This document shows positions 7,458 to 11,233 of a stretch of DNA of 11,233 bases, piece by piece. This stretch comes from Succinivibrionaceae bacterium WG-1 (lineage in GTDB: Bacteria; Pseudomonadota; Gammaproteobacteria; Enterobacterales; Succinivibrionaceae). Both the position numbers and the translations under genes were made by a program. The stretch's first letter is position 1. The number at the start of each line of letters is the position of its first letter. A model generated the notes under the pieces. That model was not told the origin of the DNA and made no database searches. It saw only the letters and a list, made by a program, of their open reading frames with translations. The stretch lies in the NCBI GenBank assembly GCA_000222855.1, contig GL995228.1:7404-18636 (forward strand). Reading direction: 5' to 3'.

Positions 7458-10043
7458 TTACAGATTTATCCATAAAGCGGGACGAACACCAACAAGTGTA
7501 CTGAGAACGTAGTTGTAGTAGATGATACCATCGTTGTGGACACTCTGCACAAAGTTATTGTAACTCCCAGGCGAGCGCAACCAATAATAACCGTAACCAT
7601 TATCAGTATATAAATCTAATTCTGCTACATAATTTGAAAATTTTGCCCTTTTATCTTTCAAATATTTTTGTACTTCAGTATCATCTAATAACCAAATTTT
7701 ATCATTAGAAACATTATCATCTCTTGTAACAATTTTAGATTGCACAATTTGTTTTTGCTCTGTTTTAGAAAAGGAATTTTCTAAAAAAATATTATTTAAC
7801 CATTTCCTAATGCTTGAATCAGACCATTTATTACTACTAGTATTACCTCTAAAAGGTTTTACATCTAAAATAATATCACTTAAAAGTAAAGCTTTGCCAT
7901 CTTTTACATCTAAAACTCTCCACATTATTGGAGACTTTTTTTCTAAGCTTTCTTGCCAATATTGTCCAAATTTAACAACATCATTAATCTTAATATTTTT
8001 ATTTATACTATTACGAAAATCATTTGCCTGTAAGACATTTAGTGCTTCTAAAGAATCCTCATGAACTTCGTTAAATCGCTTATACAAAAATAATGATTTT
8101 TGTTTTAAATTTTGAGTATATTCATTTAAGCTATTTTTATCTTTAAAAACATACTCATCAACAATTATAAGATTATTAACTATATGCTTATACTCATTCA
8201 AATATTCTTTATCTTTATTATCTTGTGGATTTAATGACTTTATATCATTAAAACATTTTTGTTTAAACTCATATAGCTCTTCTAATCTATTGCTATTGTA
8301 TAATTTTGCAACATATTGATAAAACTCTTGATAACTTCTAAAACAATAATTTCCTTTATCAAAAACTAGTGTTGTCTTTATAACACTATCTAGTTGTTCA
8401 GATTTATTTCCAACAAAAATGTTCATTATATTCGTTAAATCATCTTTTACATTGCTAATAAAAGAAACATACGCAACAACATCTTTATCATATAATTCGT
8501 TACAAAAATTCAGAAAATCTTGTACTGATTTAAAAGATTTTTTGTTTATAACAAAATCTTCCCTACCTGTTAAAGCATAACCTAATCTTAAAGCTTGATA
8601 AGTATCATCAATATTTTGTTCCGATATTAATTTCTTTTGTAATTCAAGAACCTCAACATAATTTTGACTTAAATCCTTGTCTAAAACTTTATTTTTACAA
8701 TAATTTATCAAAAATGCATTAAGTAATTTTTTGGCACTTTTTACAATTTTATCTTGTCCTTTACTACCTAACTTGGCTTCGTTTATTAAAGCATTACCAT
8801 AATCGTTTAAGTCTGTAAAAACATATCCTTGCCAATAAATTTTTGTAAGAGTTGGTTCTAACTGATATAAAAGCTTTTGATATCTAAAATCGTCATTAGG
8901 ATTATTTTGTAGCACCTCCATTGCTTGTCTACAAAATTCTGTTTCTTTTTCTTTATTATTGATATCGTAATGTCTTTCGAGTAAGCCTCGACCTACTTCT
9001 TTTTTACCAAGTTCCCAATTTGTTCCTAAAGCATCAATTAAATCATAATTTGAAGTATATATTGTGCCATTAAACTTGTATGGAATTGAAGTTTGCTTTG
9101 AATTTGATGATGCACTTGCCAAACTTGAATTAAAATCCCCTGGAATTACTTGTTCTTCACCTTTTAACCATTTTTGAACTTCGGTATAAGTCCAACGTTT
9201 ATTAGGATTATTAGCTTCATTACGATTTGAAATATCTTTATAGGTTAAACCTAAAATTAAATTCTTTAAGTCTTGAGGAAAATCTACCGCAAATGGAATT
9301 TTTTGAATAGAAGCAAGACCAGCTAATTGCGAACTACTTATATTACTATTTTGAAAAGGAGTAAAACCTGTGAATAATTCATAAATCATTATGCCTAATG
9401 CATAATAATCAGTCTCTTTTGTAAAACTATTATTAAAGGCTTCTGGTGCTAAATAAGTTGGAGTCATACCTGTCTGAGTAAACACAACAGTATTACCATT
9501 GGTAACAGAACTTATACCAAAATCAATTATTACTAAATTGCCTTCATTATCTATCATTACATTGTCAGGTTTTAAATCCTTATGTAAGATATCTAATTGA
9601 TGAATATTATTTAATCCTGTTACTATTTGCGGAATAATTTGTTCTTTTAATTCTTGTTCAGAAAATGTGCCACAATTTTGCAAGTAACTTCTTAAAGAAC
9701 CATTAGTAAAATAAGGCATTACTACATATGTAAATCCCAATTCTTCTGAATAATAAGATACAGGAGCAACATACTGAGGTTTTGAATTAAAAATTTTTGC
9801 AATAACTTCAGCTTTTAAGGCGTCTTTACGACGATAAAGTTTAACAATTTGTTCTGAATTATCATTTATATCAATGGCTTTATATAAATCAGATTCACTT
9901 GAATACGTATTTAATTTCTCTGTAACATTAAATCGATTATTTAATGTTCTGCCTAAAAGATTAGGAATATCTGCATTATTTTGAGAGTTTGAATTTATTT
10001 TTGTAGCTAAATTTTTTAACTTATTTATTAACGTAGTAGCCAT
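7458..10043 (-). CDS. DGR target protein. N-terminal Hanks-type Ser/Thr protein kinase domain, roughly 400-aa alpha-helical-looking middle region, and C-terminal variable domain (probably C-type-lectin/FGE-like fold) carrying the VR. No signal peptide or TM segment, so predicted cytoplasmic.
   Basis: 861 aa. Kinase motifs are visible: VKLY (beta3 Lys), HKDLKPDN (catalytic loop, non-RD), IIDFGIS (DFG), TYLAPE (APE). The glycine-rich loop is degenerate. The C-terminal ~140 aa (KFGQYWQ...WLRSPG...VGVRPALWINL) ends with the VR. An AGGT ribosome-binding site lies 8 nt before the ATG. Confidence 0.8.
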   Translation of the reverse strand: MATTLINKLKNLATKINSNSQNNADIPNLLGRTLNNRFNVTEKLNTYSSESDLYKAIDINDNSEQIVKLYRRKDALKAEVIAKIFNSKPQYVAPVSYYSEELGFTYVVMPYFTNGSLRSYLQNCGTFSEQELKEQIIPQIVTGLNNIHQLDILHKDLKPDNVMIDNEGNLVIIDFGISSVTNGNTVVFTQTGMTPTYLAPEAFNNSFTKETDYYALGIMIYELFTGFTPFQNSNISSSQLAGLASIQKIPFAVDFPQDLKNLILGLTYKDISNRNEANNPNKRWTYTEVQKWLKGEEQVIPGDFNSSLASASSNSKQTSIPYKFNGTIYTSNYDLIDALGTNWELGKKEVGRGLLERHYDINNKEKETEFCRQAMEVLQNNPNDDFRYQKLLYQLEPTLTKIYWQGYVFTDLNDYGNALINEAKLGSKGQDKIVKSAKKLLNAFLINYCKNKVLDKDLSQNYVEVLELQKKLISEQNIDDTYQALRLGYALTGREDFVINKKSFKSVQDFLNFCNELYDKDVVAYVSFISNVKDDLTNIMNIFVGNKSEQLDSVIKTTLVFDKGNYCFRSYQEFYQYVAKLYNSNRLEELYEFKQKCFNDIKSLNPQDNKDKEYLNEYKHIVNNLIIVDEYVFKDKNSLNEYTQNLKQKSLFLYKRFNEVHEDSLEALNVLQANDFRNSINKNIKINDVVKFGQYWQESLEKKSPIMWRVLDVKDGKALLLSDIILDVKPFRGNTSSNKWSDSSIRKWLNNIFLENSFSKTEQKQIVQSKIVTRDDNVSNDKIWLLDDTEVQKYLKDKRAKFSNYVAELDLYTDNGYGYYWLRSPGSYNNFVQSVHNDGIIYYNYVLSTLVGVRPALWINL
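7477..7590 (-). repeat. DGR variable repeat (VR), the last 114 bp of the target gene (ends 17 nt before the stop). Encodes YYWLRSPGSYNNFVQSVHNDGIIYYNYVLSTLVGVRPA.
   Basis: Relative to the TR, 13 codons differ. Eleven are Asn-to-X changes (Y,F,S,H,I,Y,Y,Y,L,S,L) and two are silent third-position changes, all at TR adenines. The 3' 18 nt (coding strand TGTTGGTGTTCGTCCCGC) are GC-rich and identical in TR and VR, as expected for an IMH-like element. Confidence 0.92.
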
Positions 10044-10261
10044 TGATTTACCTGTATTTGAGTAATTCGAATTTTGTAAAATATTTTGCTGTAAATAATT
10101 TTATTCCATAAAAAATATTTTAAACGATTGAATAATATTTTTAAAAACCATTCACTTAAAGCATTTTTATTACATCAAAAAAATGTATCACAATTCACAA
10201 AAATTATTCTTTGCAATTACTAAAGTTGTTTATTCTAATTATTTATGCATTTATAAAACAA

Positions 10262-10298
10262 AAAGGAAAATAGCACACACTTGTATCTATTTTCCTTT
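10262..10298 (-). terminator. Intrinsic terminator of the outer-membrane protein gene: 12-bp perfect stem AAAGGAAAATAG (10262-10273) / CTATTTTCCTTT (10287-10298), followed on the minus strand by UUUGUUUUAU.
   Basis: Inverted repeat plus U-tract about 30 nt after the stop at 10330. Confidence 0.6.
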
Positions 10299-10329
10299 AT
10301 TTGATTAAATTGAAAGTTTTACTTCAATA

Positions 10330-11022
10330 TTAGAATTGGTAAATTAAACCACCTTGAATTTCAACAGAAAGAGTTTCTTTTTGTAATCTCATAACTCTTG
10401 TAGAAAGATCTAGTTTTATATTATCGGTAGCTTTATATTGAGCACCAATTGTTCCATGATATATAAATTTGGTTTCTCTATCAGAAAGAGATTCATTTTC
10501 AGCAAAGAATGAAGTCATATCTATCTCTTCTCCATCTTCTATCACTTTAAAACTTTTAATTTTACTTTTTTGCACAGAGAAGCCAAAACCACCACCAATA
10601 TATGGACTAAAAGCACTAGAATCCCACAAATGAACATAGGCATTTAATAATCCACCATAGTATTTATCTTCCCCACGACCTTTTACTTTTAACTTGTTAC
10701 CCTTCTTATCAATTTTAGCTTCAAATTTTTCTGTATATTCTCTTGCAAAGTGATAGAAAAATTCCGCTTCTGCACGGACCCCAAAAAAATCATTAATTGG
10801 AGTATGAACACCTGCAAATAAACTTACAATTGGAGCACTATAATGTTCAGCTGAAAAATTCTTTTTATATTTACTACCAGCGTATTCATCTTGAACAATA
10901 GCTACCCCTCCTTTGATACCAATGTAAGGTTTAAGATTAAAATCACCAGCATTGGCATTTTGAGCTAAAAACATCGCAGATGACAAAGTTGCCATTGTCA
11001 AAAGTTTGCTAATTTTTTTCAT
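10330..11022 (-). CDS. Outer-membrane beta-barrel protein (OmpA-like/OmpW/opacity-type small porin family). Signal peptide MKKISKLLTMATLSSAMFLAQNANA, C-terminal ...GGLIYQF.
   Basis: 230 aa. Cleavable signal peptide ending ANA, alternating hydrophobic beta-strand pattern with G/Y-rich turns, terminal aromatic F. A GGGGAT ribosome-binding site lies 6 nt before the ATG. Confidence 0.65.
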   Translation of the reverse strand: MKKISKLLTMATLSSAMFLAQNANAGDFNLKPYIGIKGGVAIVQDEYAGSKYKKNFSAEHYSAPIVSLFAGVHTPINDFFGVRAEAEFFYHFAREYTEKFEAKIDKKGNKLKVKGRGEDKYYGGLLNAYVHLWDSSAFSPYIGGGFGFSVQKSKIKSFKVIEDGEEIDMTSFFAENESLSDRETKFIYHGTIGAQYKATDNIKLDLSTRVMRLQKETLSVEIQGGLIYQF

Positions 11023-11233
11023 AATTTATCCCCAATTCAATACATTAAAGTTTTCAAATAGTGTTTTATATATTTAGATTAAATATCATTTATTTTAGTT
11101 GGTCAATTATTTTCAGGCATTATAATTTAGATGTCATGTTAAAACTCAAAAATGCCATATATACCCACGAAAAATTACCAAAAGTGTGGACAATAATAAA
11201 TTTTTATTATTTATACAATTTTTAAGAGGCTTC

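Larger units (their letters stand above)
5581..10043 (-). mobile_element. Diversity-generating retroelement (DGR) cassette, 5' to 3' on the minus strand: target gene with 3' VR, GC hairpin, avd, TR, spacer, RT.
   Basis: Canonical DGR gene order. TR and VR are 114 bp each with 16 mismatches confined to TR adenines. The RT carries the DGR-specific motif GLPMGNQTSQWFAIYYL. An Avd-like four-helix-bundle protein sits between them. Confidence 0.9.

Noticed and set aside
7810-8064. 84-aa + strand ORF from the track
   Set aside because: Antisense inside the DGR target gene. Low-complexity translation and no start context.
1-11233. Second VR or additional DGR target elsewhere in the window
   Set aside because: Scanned for further copies of the GC-rich TR ends (gcgggacgaacacc / cccaggcgagcgcaacc). 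Only the TR and the single VR occur.
1-11233. CRISPR array, tRNA, rRNA, IS element or integrase
   Set aside because: No regularly spaced direct repeats, no tRNA-like cloverleaf candidates, no transposase or integrase-like ORFs. The only repeats are the DGR TR/VR pair and the intragenic 81-bp duplication.

Overview
AT-rich bacterial window with all real genes on the minus strand. The main result is a complete diversity-generating retroelement (DGR) cassette at about 5581-10043. It consists of an 861-aa target gene, a 114-bp variable repeat (VR, 7477-7590) just before its stop, a GC-rich hairpin, an Avd-like accessory gene, a 114-bp template repeat (TR, 6826-6939), a 190-nt spacer and a DGR-type reverse transcriptase. 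TR and VR differ at exactly 16 positions, and every one is an adenine on the coding strand of the TR, which is the DGR mutagenesis signature. The target appears to be a cytoplasmic Hanks-type Ser/Thr kinase fused to a C-terminal variable domain, so the DGR would diversify the ligand-binding end of a signalling kinase. The RT reading frame is broken by a one-base frame change in an A-rich tract near 6140-6166; this could be a sequencing error, recent decay or a recoding event. Flanking genes are a beta-barrel outer-membrane protein, an alanine/amino-acid:cation symporter (AGCS) family symporter, and a translationally coupled pair encoding an SPFH/band-7 protein with C-terminal zinc ribbons plus a zinc-ribbon membrane protein. 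Several intrinsic-terminator hairpins separate these units. The first ~760 bp are non-coding. No CRISPR, tRNA or rRNA was seen.
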